From contig CM035351.1 in the NCBI GenBank assembly GCA_020137815.1, forward strand, positions 2,852,001-2,916,000: DNA of 64,000 nucleotides, in the 5' to 3' direction. Under the pieces are notes generated by a model. The model saw nothing but the letters and a program-made list of their open reading frames with translations, was not told the origin of the DNA and ran no database searches. Source of the DNA: Hormiphora californensis (taxonomy: Eukaryota; Animalia; Ctenophora). This document shows, piece after piece, positions 37,421 to 50,659 of this stretch. The translations under genes and the position numbers were made by a program. Positions within the stretch are counted from its first letter, which is position 1; each line of letters starts with the position of its first letter.

Positions 37421-39342
37421 TCTAGGCTCTAGTCATTATCTATAACATATCATTTCTAGTCGCCAGTCTATCGAAGTTACACAAACATTTGTGAATCGGT
37501 GCTATGAGTACACCAGATACCTACACACGTGTTTTTCAATGTCGATGAACCCATGAATTGTTAGAACCAAACTAAGAGATAAAACGTATAAGTAACTAAT
37601 TACCCACGTAGGTCTAACTAGTAACTACCCATGTACCTCTGTATCCACGTACCTCTGTATCTGTCTCTGTTCTAACTCTCATTTACAATCACTAGCGCAC
37701 CCATTGGGTGCGCCTCAAGTAAGGGCTTTTGATAACACACCCGGCTTCGCCGGGTGGTTCTTTTCGCCCCTTTCATCGTCAATAACACGGTTGCCATGGC
37801 AACTGAATTTGAAACTATGAGGGCTGGCATGTTAAAAGTCATTCGAAAATATTAACAAACTTCCACTGGAAGATCAAAAAGTGTAAGCAACAGCTTTACA
37901 GCTTTGGGCACATAGAGTGTTTTATGAAGGAGCACTGTCGCGTAGAAACGCACTGAACGAACGGCTTCGACGACGTTCATCTCCAAATTATAATAGAGAT
38001 TGTAAAGGGGGCAAATCCTGACCCTCAAAATATAACGTATAACGTATATTTATACAGTCAATAAATCATAATATTGTTATGAAATTCCCACCGTACAGAA
38101 AACAGTCATTTTGGCGAGTGTGAAAAAACTTCCGGACCCTGGATAATGATCATCTAAAATCTTCTCGCTTACACGGTCGCTTGTAGTGGGAATACTGTAA
38201 TGGAAAACGGAGACACTGTATGAAGACGCGCAACCGCGTCCAATCGGCGCGGTAGTACGTGCTGACCACAAAGTACTTTTAACAGATTATTGACAAAAGC
38301 ACTCGCGCGTTACGCAAATTCCGCGCAGATTACTGTATTCTGCGTTACAGTATTTTCACTGCAAGCAGCACTGTGAGGTGACTAATTCCTTCCGACTTGG
38401 ATCACTCCATACAGCTATATTACTGTTGGCTCGACCCTGTTTGAACAAAACAAATTACTTCCCGACATTATATATTCCATACATAGTTATGTTAAAAAAA
38501 TAGCTTCGCGAGAGTTCTCTTTGCATGTATGTCATTGTCAGTGACCCAAGACGTGTTCCTCCTCCTAATTTTTTGCATAATTCTATCATGCAGGAATGGA
38601 ATAAACATCCTCATCAAGTCTTTTTTATCCCCGTCACAGAATTATGAAGAATTACGAAGAATTAATGAATGAATGAATTAGTTAAGTTTACCTGCGGTTT
38701 CACGTGCAAATACGACGCCGCGTATGAAAGGGGGTGACAACTTCAAAAAATCCGACAATGTGGTTACTCCTCCACAGTTTATGCGTGCACTCAGGTTTCA
38801 ATGTTAAGTTTCATAATAGGGGTCGAAAAGAGTTGCTATGGGTAAACTTCGTTACCAAATATACCGGGCCCTTAGAAAAATATTTATCCTGGGTGTCCAT
38901 TTGTAGTCATAGTAACGGGAGGCAAAAGTGGGGAAGTAGATAACTTTGATGGTTAGATAAATAATCATATTTGCCATTTTGTCTAACAATAACATACGAA
39001 TAGGTTTTTGATGTTGTTGAGACCCCCCCCCCCCCCCCCCCCCCGCCATTTGATTGTGAACTCTCAGACCTCGATAATTGTATTGCGCCAATCATGAAAG
39101 CAGGTCATGGTCAGTTGGGCCAGGTGACAGTTTATTAGTATTGCAGGAGTATTGCATGTGAGGTGGAGTTTGACTGATATCAATGCATGTGATAGTACAT
39201 AATTTAGGGGCGCCCGCAAGATGTGATCGGCGATCGATGTTTTTTCTCTCTAGAGATATATCCGCTATTCAATCACGAAACTAATCAACGATGTACACTT
39301 GCTGCATCAGTACAGCTGTGACATGAGTAAATGTACATTGTA

Positions 39343-40115
39343 AAATTTTGAGATATAATATAATTCTTTAGGTAGCACTGCTTGTACAACTTATAACACT
39401 GGGCAGTGTTATAAGTGAAAACTTATAACACTGGGCAGTGTTATAAGTGAAAACTTATAACACTGGGCAGTGTTATAAGTGAAAACTTATAACACTGCCC
39501 AGTTATACATGAAAACTTATAACACTGCTGCACTTCGAACTCCACTGTTTCTGTCACGTTTAAAAACCGTTAGAAAGATAAACGTGTACGAACTCCCTCT
39601 CTCTCTTTCTTTATGTCACACTCTTACGCCGTTGCAGCATCGAAATCAAGATAACGGTTACGAACTCCCGGACCCACACATTCTTTATCTCTCACTCTCA
39701 CTAATCTCTCACTCTCTTTACCTATCTCAGGCGTTATCTTATACTGATTTCTCTGCCTGCTACCTTATCATGAATTTGTTCTATTGTTACGCCCTATGCT
39801 AAATTGTCTCTCACTCTTGTTTAAAAAATTTTACAATGCAATTTTATTATGCCTGTTTTCGTTGTACCTGACGTCAACAATAATGTCCCATATTCGTACA
39901 CTTTTAGACCTCGCAGGCTCGGTCAAAAAGTAAAACTACATCACTCGCAGGCTCGTGAGGTAGTCAAACTTAGTGGCACTCGCAGGCTCGTGCACTAAAG
40001 TACAAGAATCTGCCTCGACCTGTGGTCTCGGATCATTATTGTTGCACTTATAACACTCGACCTTCGGTCTCGTGTTATAAGTTTTCAGGTACAACTTATA
40101 GGCATAATAAAATCC
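39343..40115. mobile_element. Insertion present in one copy of a local duplication
   Basis: Flanked by TACATTGTA (39334-39342 and 40116-40124); the paralogous site at 40974-40982 has one TACATTGTA. Contains CTCGCAGGCTCG hairpin repeats and a palindromic 31-bp array. Confidence 0.75.
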
Positions 40116-40660
40116 TACATTGTACAATCGATCCGTACACATATGTACTGACAAACCGTGCCGAAGCTGCTGTCAGCACACCCGAATAGTGAATCAATGC
40201 GGTCAACTATCCCTTACACCCTTCCAGTTCCATGAACTGAGATTCTACAAAAATGCGGAAACTTTTATGGGGTTACACACTGAATGAGGGTTGCAGAGGG
40301 AGAGTGAGTGAAAGATAAAGATAGGGGTGGATTCAATTCCACCCGGTGGAAGGGCACAAAGGAGGGGTATAAAGTTGATGACACGGCGGCACAACGTGAT
40401 GTTACACACAGAACGGTCTGGCCATTCTCTATTGTCATCCATATTGCCGTGTGTAGATCCATTCGAAGTAATAAGGCAATTATAATAGAGATCCTGCAGG
40501 GGTGAGGCTGGGGGTCCATGACCTTATTGGTTGGACGCCATACCAATATAAATCCTACATTGAATATCATGGAAATCATTGAATATATTCAAGCCACGTG
40601 GTTGATCGGTGTTACACACACATTATAACTACACCCTAATTAAACCCTTTGTTTTAGCCA

Positions 40661-40768
40661 AATCGGGGTCAAATAAGGTTAATTTCCTATATCGATTATC
40701 GGGGGGAAAATCCTGTCCCTAAATCGGGGTGCCACTAAATCGGGGGCCCCTAAATCGGGGTCCGACTG
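40661..40768. mobile_element. One end of a Tc1/pogo-like MITE
   Basis: (TAAATCGGGG)n subterminal repeats ending ...GGGGTCCGACTG followed by TA, i.e. a CAGT terminus at a TA target. Confidence 0.6.
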
Positions 40769-42505
40769 TAGTATTGCGGGAGTATTGCATGTTAGGTGGA
40801 GTTTGACTGATATCAATGCATGTGATAGTACATAATTTAGGGGCGCCCGTAAGATGTGATCGGCGACCGATGTTTTTTCTCTCTAGAGATATATCCGCTA
40901 TTCAATCACGAAACTAATCAACGATGTAAACTTGCTGCAGCAGTATAACTGTGACATGAGTAGATGTAGTATGTACATTGTACAATCGATCCGTACACAT
41001 ATGTACTGACAAACCGTGCCGAAGCTGCTGTCAGCACACCCTAATAGTGAATCAATCATCACTAAATGCGGTCAACTATCCCTTACACCCTTCCAGTTCC
41101 ATGAACTGAGATTCTACAAAAATGCAGATACTTTTATGGGGTTACACACTGAATGAGGGTTGCAGAGGGAGAGTGAGGGAAAGTGAGATAAAGATAGGGG
41201 TGGATGAAAGTGAGATAAAGATAGGGGTGGATTCAATTCCATCCGGTGGAAGGGCACAAAGGAGGGGTATAAAGTTGATGACACGGCGGCACAACGTGAT
41301 GTTACACACAGAACGGTCTGGCCATTCTCTCGTGTCATCCATATCGCCGTGTGTAGATCCATTCGAAGTAATAAGGCAATTATAATAGAGATCCTGCAGG
41401 GGTGGGGACTGGGGGTTACTGACCTTATTGGTTGGACGCCATACCAATATAAATCCTACATTGAATATCATGGAAATAATTGAATATATTCAAGCCACGT
41501 GGTTAATCGGTGTTACACACACACCACACACATTATGACTACACCCTAATTCAACCCTTTGTTATAGCCACACAGAGGACACGCGTTTAGTATCCTCAAT
41601 GTTGCGGCTCGGGTTGGTCAAGGCTTGTTAATGTTAGCAGTTAGCCTCAACGCTCTATTATTGTGTATCTACATATTGAGTATTGGTACGATTCATTTCA
41701 CTCGTAATTGACCGTGATAACTAATGCGGTATTTAATGCGGTGTTAGTTATTTTGCCCATTTAGATTTGCACTCGCTACTCTCACACTTGTCTCATATAA
41801 GACTGTCCTCTCCGCTACGTCATCTGATCTGATCTGATCCGGAAGCGAGAGTTTGCTGTGCCTCTATACGTATATATAATATATATATACTCGTTTAGAA
41901 GTGTTAGGGCTGTTATTTGGGTTCGAGGTTAGGGGGTAGTGTAAAGGTTAGGGTTAGATAAAGAGTCCTCCTTGGGTTTAGATATAGAGTCCGTTAGCAC
42001 TAGAGTCCACCTACCGTTTCAGTCAGTGCCTGACAAAATCAAACTGCATTGCCATCGTTGCTTTGTCAGGCCAAGGCTCTGACAGTCATTACTGGGGCGT
42101 TTGACTGACTTCGGAGGATCAATCATACTACTTACTAAGCAAATTGTGTCCTGAAGTCTAGCTCTTCCACCCCAAGCGCTATTAGGCAACGTTTATCTAG
42201 GTCCAGGAGAACTGCTGCTGTCAGGGAGCAGGCTAGAGAATATGGCAGATTACGCCAACGTGTTCAAGCGAGCCAATCAACGACTACTGATAGCTTTACC
42301 CAACTTCGCCCAAGGGTGATTACTCCAGTCGAATATAGAAATCTCCGAATCGGCTACATAGCGGCCATGTTTTCACGTGATGAGTTTCTGGAACAGCACT
42401 GCACCTCCCTGACATTGATCTCTTAAACATTGTCAGGAAGCCCAGAGCGTACAACAACATGGGTAGGGAGAAAGTGAGAGATAGGCTAGGAACGGATGGT
42501 GCAGG

Positions 42506-42575
42506 TGATGTCAGCGTTCCTTAATCAAGCTACCATTTCCCAGAAATTCGCCAGTAGGGCGAACGGGCCTACTAG
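42506..42575 (+). mobile_element. Helitron-like 3' end (second copy)
   Basis: TTCGCCAGTAGGGCGAA hairpin plus CTAG|T; ~70-bp similarity to 31094-31169. Confidence 0.6.
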
Positions 42576-42656
42576 TGTGATAATATACATAATCATCGCC
42601 GCCGGTACACATTCGACATTCGTGGGCCATGTCTAGTTGTTTTTTAATCCAGCTCT

Positions 42657-43789
42657 TGTTGTAATGGGTTTTGATACGAGAACGACAAGAGAGATGGTGT
42701 GCGGAACCGAAGCTCCTGAACTCAATTTTAGTCAACCATATAAACCAAATCACTAGACTCAACAATATCTTTAAACAACATGTTAAACATGTATACAGCT
42801 GATGCTGACGAGAGCACTCAGCTGTATCATAGTATAACATATGCCCCTAACAAAAATAAAAATATTTATTACACTTTTTAGAGTATAAAAAATATTTTAG
42901 ATGGGCTACCAAAATCCCTAATAAATAAAATTATAAAATACACACACGCTCTCTCATAGTCCATTCTCTCTACTCTACCACCAGAAACACCAGTCCCTCC
43001 ATCCGAGTTTCCTACGTCACATGATGGTACCAGTTCCCGTCTGAGTCCACCCAGTCGTATCTCTGCGTATACTGCTCCCATGGCAACAGAGATGATCATT
43101 CGCCGTGTCTGCATCAACCGGAACTCGCGCCTCATGCGCTCATAGTCGCCCACTTACACTTCAGCCAGACCACGGGTACATTACGGGAACAAGGAGTCGA
43201 AACAACAGCCCCAAAAACAGTCGAAACACTCCTACGACGTCCTCAAGATGTCGCCCACCTCAATAGTCCACTCGGTGTACAGATGATAGGTGCTGCGGTA
43301 GACGAATTAGAGTCCATTACCCATCCGCCTGCAGTAGCTCCTTAAACAATGGTGGATCCCCGAGGGCAACACATGGCTGCCGTATCACTGCGTCAGTGCG
43401 AAGAGGAACACTTTACATGATGATTCCCACGTGGACAGGTGCACCACAAGCACCGCGAAGGACTCGCACATCTTCATCCTGTGCTCCACGCCCCAGAAAC
43501 ATGTCCACGGGTACACACGGGTTTGAATCCAGATCCACCAAAGCCTAGAAACTCCAGCCACTTCCGGGTAGCAGGAACATCTGGTTCGATTTGTATCAGC
43601 TCCACTTGTTGTAATGGGTTTTGATACGAGAACGACAAGAGAGATGGTGTGCGGAACCGAAGCTCCTGAACTCAATTTTAGTCAACCATATAAACCAAAT
43701 CACTAGACTCAACAATATCTTTAAACAACATGTTAAACATGTATACAGCTGATGCTGACGAGAGCACTCAGCTGTATCATAGTATAACA
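42657..43789 (-). mobile_element. Non-autonomous LTR retrotransposon (TRIM-like), 1133 bp
   Basis: 183-bp LTRs (42657-42839, 43607-43789) that read identical, TG...CA ends, 4-bp TSD CTCT, PBS TGGAGCTGATAC 2 nt from the 5' LTR on the minus strand, short AGGGG purine tract before the 3' LTR. No gag/pol recognised. Confidence 0.88.
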
Positions 43790-44337
43790 CTCTCTATCGT
43801 TTGTTTTCTAGTGGTCACGGTGCATAGTTTAGGCTTTCAAATCTTTCTCACTCATATTTCGGAATTTCATTGCTAAATAGCGGTTATACGATATTACAAT
43901 TCAGTCTACTTTGATAAACGGCATGGCGCACGGAGGTCCGAGAGTGGCACGTGGGCTATAGTACCTATTGTTATGCTCTAACCCTTTAGTAGGAGCGCAA
44001 TTAGGCCAGGGAAGGGAACATTTCGAAATTACGAAATAGTGTCTGACGTGTCTAGTGAGTTTAGTTCTGTTTCTTCATATTCGACTTGGTTTTATCATCT
44101 ATTCTTTGACCCTATAAAACGAAGCCTATATTACTCTTCCCCGACTCATTACAGAGTGAAAATCAGCTTGACAGCGTTGTGCTTGTTACACCATGATTCC
44201 TTCGCATTCACTTCACCTGATAAATCATGTTCATTGGTTCGTGCGATAGTTCCGACAGTTCGTTGACCCCCGTTTTCTAACCGCTATCTTCTTTCCTTAT
44301 AGCAAGTTCTGCCGTATATCTACTGGTTCCTTTATCA

Positions 44338-45709
44338 ATGACGACAAAAAGTCGTGTTTTCCTGAAATGCTCTGTACTAGTAGGTAAGTGTAAACAAGAG
44401 TATGAACAAGCTCTTTTGAGATGTTAACCACTGGTGTATTTTTGTTACAAATCCAATCAAACTTCACAATTTTATAGACTTACCGTGTTTGCTGAATCTT
44501 CACTGCACTATATCAATGTATTTCTCTTCATCTAACTGATAAGTGATATCCTTTATGTTTCAGTGGTATTGTTTCTGTTATACATAGCGTTGATACGAGA
44601 GGATTCTGTGCCCGGCATCATTTTTCTTTCCCAATCTCACGATGATAAATCGAATATTTCCAGCGCTATCCCATCACACCCCGTAAAACAAGAGTTAGAA
44701 CACAACAAGTCCAGTATTGCTGATTCCTCCAACGTTGTGGATTCCTCCAACAGTACTGAATCCTCTAGTGTTATTGAAAGAGGGAAAACAATCGTGGAAG
44801 CACGAATGAAGCACCTCAGAGACTCGTGTGCTCAGTTGAACTACCCCGACTTTAGTACGTGTAATATGTACGCCATGCCCAAAGCCCACGTGACCTGGAT
44901 GCCAATTTTCAAGGCAGGTAGTACTACCTGGAAGAAGTTCTTCATCGATCTAGAGCTATCTCCCGACCACATTGAGCCGGGCGAAGATCCTTATCATCTG
45001 AACTATCTGGAAGTCTTTCGAGTGCAATGTACGGATATAATAAAAACTAAAAAGAATCAAAAGAAGAGAGTTTTCAAGACGGAACCTAGGGGAAATCTTC
45101 GGTTTACGGTGGTCCGGCACCCCATGGCTCGGCTGGTATCACATTACTACCGTACCAAGAATAATCCGATAGAGGTGGTATATCAGTGGGATCTCTGGGT
45201 TGGCGAGGCAATAACAAAACCAAGAAGCGAGACACACCATTTAACAAAGGAGCAGAGAGAGCAGTTTCTTGCTGAGGTTATGGAGTATTTCGAAGCAGTG
45301 AAACATCACCAACCATTCGAACGGTCATCAGAGGAGAATCCTTTTTTAAACCCACCTTATCCAACTTTCTCCGAAATGATCAACTTTATTCTCCAACACG
45401 AACAAGTTGAATAACGGGCATTGGGCTCCAGCGGCAGTGTGGACAGATGCATGTCAGAATAACATAGACTATGTGGTTCAGCTAGAGAATGATGCTGTTG
45501 AAGCGCCATATATTCTGCAGCAACTAAAACTCGCTAACCATACTGAGCTTTACAAATCTAAAGCAAACACATCAGGCGCCAACTCCTCTGCATCGCAGGA
45601 CAATATTAAGGGTTTACTGGGAGAGCTCACATTGGCCCAACGAACTGCTTTGCATGAATTTTATGCACTAGACTATGAGTTGTTTGGCTATGAACCCATT
45701 AATGTTTGA
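44338..45709 (+). CDS. Golgi type II carbohydrate sulfotransferase (CHST8-14/Sulfotransfer_2-like); exons 44338-44383 and 44564-45709; +1 insertion at ~45409
   Basis: N-terminal signal anchor split by a phase-1 intron; 5'-PSB-like PIFKAGSTTWK; 3'-PB-like VRHPMARLVSHY; PTFSE; NGHWAP; C-terminal YALDYELFGY. Confidence 0.85.
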
Positions 45710-46813
45710 GTGTTTTCACTCCTTCCTTACCGATCCAGGAGTTTGTTTGGTTAAATTTATGTTTTTATTTTAAATCTATGGGGACTAGGCACTAGGCAGT
45801 GCCCAGTCGCCCAGTGGGCAGTAATTGATTGGGTTATTTATGCTTATTTTTTACATACATAAAATACATATTTCCCTCCCGGGTGAATGTTGAAGGCCTT
45901 GCAAAAAGGCATAGGGGTTTAGAAATCAGTATAGATTATATACATGGTATTTGTCTACGTGTTTATTTTTCTACTGTTACTAAAATCTTAATCAAGTGTT
46001 AATAATTTATATCGATGTGTGTACATATAAGATCAAACCTCAATTTACCGTCAAACCTCAATTTTCTGGACCATCGACTAATTTAAACCTGACTGGCAAC
46101 GCAGACCCAATCTGAGAATAAAATCGGGGTCAGGCGCCGCCAGACAGCTGTAAATAAACTTCCTCTGAACAATCCGGTAAATCGAGGTTTGATTGAAGTA
46201 TTGACCAACAATACATATGGGTTATAAATAACAATATGGGTTATAAATAACATTCCTAGATACACGCTCCACTCAGCAGCTCGGATTTCAAAAGGACATG
46301 TACAATGTACTGATTGTACATGTCGTTACAAATTTGGACAGTCTGCATCATAGTAGAATTCCGTTACGGCGGAAGAGTGCTCGATCGCGACAGGCGTCGG
46401 AGAGCTAGTTACACAAAGGAAAAACTACCGTTTAGTATAATCATAGCACTGGCAAGTGCCCCGGGGCTATTATACTAAACGGTAGTTTTTCCTTTGTGCA
46501 GTCAGCATCATATCTAATAGTTTGAAATTCGAATACACTCGCCTACACTAATTGCCTATACTTGCAAAGTCAGTGCTCTCAGGCTCTTCTGATGCATGGG
46601 GGATTTCGAAATGTACCAAAGCAGGTACATAGGTACAATAAAGAGATCTCTTTATTGTATCAAGGTCATGAACCATGAATAGTAAACGCCCGCCCGCTAT
46701 AAACATCAAGTCTTTAGTTTTAGCCGCTAGAATCAATAAATCCTTCTAATTTAAAAGATATATACCCCTTCGGGTTTTATACCGTATAAAGTTGGTTTTT
46801 ATTCAACTGTTCA

Positions 46814-47070
46814 GGCTGGGTGGTGTAGTGGTAACACACTCGCCTCTCATGCAGAAGGTCCCGGGTTCGGGACCCGATGCAAGCCGTCTAGTTGACCGAG
46901 CTATAAATTGGTACAGGAACTGCTGGAAAGTCACACTCCCTTGCACGTAGGGCTGGTCCCCAGACTGCAAGTTTAGTACTTCGGTACGGAGTGGCTTAGG
47001 ACTTCAATCGGAGATAAGCACCGCAGGCATACCCAATGATTGGGAGAGACCTGGACTTTGACTTTTTTTT
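46814..47070 (+). mobile_element. tRNA-derived SINE
   Basis: tRNA-like head (A box TGGTGTAGTGG, degenerate B box GGTTCGGGACC, CAT in the anticodon-like loop), ~180-nt unrelated body, GACTTT/T-tail, TSD TGTTCA(GGC). Confidence 0.8.
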
Positions 47071-47133
47071 TGTTCAGGCCCAAACTCGTGTGCGTGCTAT
47101 ATTTTAATTTCTGACGTGCACGCTACACGTTAA

Positions 47134-48000
47134 CCCTTTGGGGACGATAAGCCCCCTGTCGACAGAATTCTCTAAAACTTCCTGGAGACACTTACTTTGA
47201 ACCTACTTGAACGCAGGAAAAGGAATTTTGGTTCTACCACCTGTATTTCTATTGGGTCACCTGTGACCCAATTTAATCGTCCCCTAACGCTAAAACAGGA
47301 ATTGAGATTTCACAGCTATTTTGCCCCATAACTCGATGTTTCTTCATAACACTTATATAAACCCGGCCATTCTGCACATTTTGCACACCCTATGGACCTC
47401 TTTATCTCATCTATAGCCGATTTTAGAATTTCAAAATTGTCCGAGATGAACAATTTTATGAAGGAGCACGGATCTCAAAAAATTTTCATCGACTCCCTAT
47501 GATGTTGAGATAACAATGATGGAGTCGGTTAGTCGCTAGCACCATTTTAAAAAATGCCGTTTTAGACATTTATCGGCGGCCATTCCTTTAGAAATGCTCG
47601 TAAATTCAAATTTCTGTTTTAGCGTTAGGGGACGATTGGGTCACAGGTGACCCAACACTTTGAAGGCCTCTGAGAGGCACAAAATTTGTAATATCACCCT
47701 GAAACTTTACCCCGGGGTAAAATACACTCTTTTCTTGCATTTTCCAAGTCCATTTTAAGCATACTCGTACCAATTTTGAGATATGGTCATTAAACTACCC
47801 ATTTTGTCTACCAAATGCACTGTTTTAGCCCTGTTTTCCGAAGTCGACAATTTCAGAGGCTCAAAAGGACCTCAAAATGGTAGAAAAATGTATGTTTCAA
47901 CCCTGGAAACAACTTAAAACTTTCAAACATGATCTATAAAGACGCTAAATGGGTTCAAAGTATGTACTGGGTCACCTGTGACCCAATCGTCTCCAAAGGG
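47134..48000. mobile_element. piggyBac-type non-autonomous element
   Basis: TTAA TSD on both sides; TIR CCCTTTGGGGACGAT/ATCGTCTCCAAAGGG; three internal TGGGTCAC(C/A)xGTGACCCA palindromes. Confidence 0.9.
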
Positions 48001-49127
48001 TTAACATGTGATAGGTGCGCAAAACAACTCCGCATGTGAACAGTTGAAAAAAGGACTTTGCAGTGGTAGAGCGCTGGTGATAAACATCAAGGAAAATCCC
48101 GCTGAATAACATGTAGAATCAGGTGATAAAGATCTGTAGAATTGTAGCTGTGTAGAGAATCAACGGGGTGGGATGGTAGAAAGGCTTTGGCAATCATGGC
48201 GGCCCCAGTAGTAGATCCCAAAACACCACAGGAACAATACAGGAACACGCAAGAAACAACAAACAACATGCACGTGCAGTATCCCCCCACAATCTCCAAT
48301 ACCCCTCCTCCTTGGCAACCCCCCACCATTTGCACGTGGGATACGACATCACACTCACGACGTTCATTTGCAAATTATAATAAGGATTCTGAATCGGAAA
48401 GTGAAACTAAAACCAGTTTCATCCAGCAGCGCCAGACTGTTAAACTCAGAAGGGGGTGTGTTCTTGCTAGAACCATCTATCTCTCTCACCGTATCAATGG
48501 TTGAAACATAACGAGATTGGAGTAGCAACAAAATAACTACCAGAGCTCTGTCTGGCGGCCCCAGACCCGTTTTGACAGTGTGCTTGGATCGGGTGGGTGC
48601 CGCCAGATCTTGAATGGCGTAGGTAGACAGTGTACAGCAACTTCAACCCGGTTAAATAGAAAGACACAAATTTATCTTCGGCACTAAATAAATGGTGTTA
48701 CGATCACCAAACACACACACAAACATCAATATATATCTTATCTTTACAAAAATCCCCAAGATTCACTCTCGGGCAACTCTATTAGTTTTAGCGGTGAATG
48801 AAACGGAAGAGTCTGAAAAGTATAACAAGAAATATACCAAGCACTCATTTATCAGAAAGTTGAACGGAGTTGAACACTTAACACGTCCTCTAAACATAGC
48901 TATGTTTACTAGATTTTGATATGGCACCAATTGCGTCGCCTTTGCTGTAAGGTCAATACTCCGACAGGGCCTTTGCGATTAAGACTCAACTAGATTTCCA
49001 TGCTGATTCTACTTTGTTGTACACTATAATTCTCTTCAAAGTATACTTTTATAAAATAAAAAAACAAATTTAAAATATATTCACTGTCCCACAGGCGTCA
49101 TCATCTCTCTCCCTCCCATATATAATA

Positions 49128-50573
49128 TCAGTTCTCCTTCCCTTTCTCTCCTTCACTTTTAACCGATCCTTTATCGTCTTCATCCCCTAGCGGTACTGTA
49201 TCGAACTCTTCTTCCTCTCCCTCAGTCCCCTCTTCTTCAGTCCCCTCTTTATCGTTCTCCCCGGCCTTGTCGGACAAGTTGTCCCCCGTCTCTCCACCAG
49301 TCTCCCCCGTTTCTTCCTCAACCCCCTCTCCTCCCCCGCTCCCCCGGGACGTGTTGTCTTCATCAGATAACTCGGGGAAACTGTCCGGCATGTTCACGTA
49401 TTCAGATTTACCAACGCCTGCGACAAGAGTGTGTTAACATTGGGGTGTGTTAACATTGGGGTGTGTTAACATAGGGGTGTGTTAACATTGGGGTGTTTTA
49501 ACATTGGGTGTAGCGGAGAGGCTTGTCTGTAATAAACTTCCCATGAAATGCATCAATTCTAAATGATCGAAGTGCTTTCAACATTGCTATGTTCATACAC
49601 ACATGATTTAGGCGGACTCCAGTTCGAATTAGCTCACGGGACCAGTTAAGCCTAATATAGGTGCAAAAAGAGTTGGGAATTGGTAAACGAAATCGGACCG
49701 TTCGCGTTGTTTTCTGTAAACATAATCTAGAGCGAGAATATATCTGCAAGGTGGGAATATATTTCGAAACTCACCATTTGAAACTTTGTCTGTGTCCGCT
49801 GGTTTGATGGGAGACGCCTCTGAACCTACAACCAGAATTAGTTAGCATGGTTGTACAACATGTGTACAATGTCCAGTACATTGTGTACACGTGTTATTTG
49901 TTGTTGAATTCAGCCTTTATCACACTCGATTTCTTGTCCTTTGTCAGTTTGGTGTAAGTCGATATACTGTAGTCATCAAATAAACGAATTTGTAAAAAAG
50001 TTGAAAATGTATATAATCATCGAAATATATACACACATGTACAATCCCATCAAGCCCACCTATATCTACACACATTTCACACACTCATGGGTGTCGATAT
50101 TACTATAATTATATGCCGGAATGCTTCCCAGTCACCTAGCAACCACCCCTGGTCTAGTATTATTTGGAGAGCTGGTAGAGCCGGAGTTATCTGGTTAGAA
50201 CTCTACAATCAGATATCATACCGGACATAGAGCCCAGCTCAGGATATAGGCACCAGCCGGGTATAATCTCCCCTATATCTATCCCAAACTATGATATCAC
50301 CACCACATTTTCGAATATTTAAATATATATAATATATCAGTCACTCTGTGTGTCAGTATCTGTCTTTAATCACACACACACGCACACACACTTCACACTT
50401 CACACGCCCGAAGATCCATCTTTCTCACTTCATGCCACTTCATGCAGTATCGAGTTGTTGTTGTTGTTGTCGTGTATCGTGTCACTAACCAGCGAATTTC
50501 CTGGTATAGTTAATAGGGAAGGCTCCTTTTTTACCGGTGCTCTTCAACATACCCATGAACCAACCCTCATCCT

Positions 50574-50659
<86 letters not shown>

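Larger units (their letters stand above)
39136..41570. repeat. Local direct duplication of an ~0.75-0.8-kb segment (39136-40660 incl. insertion; 40769-41570)
   Basis: Near-identical sequence and duplicated ORFs (MDLHTAIWMT...) in both copies. Confidence 0.9.

Noticed and set aside
39386-39530. CRISPR-like repeat array
   Set aside because: Adjacent repeats have no unique spacers; eukaryotic context, no cas genes.
46814-46886. Possible tRNA-Met(CAT) gene
   Set aside because: Broken acceptor stem and T-loop; continues into a SINE body with tail and TSD.
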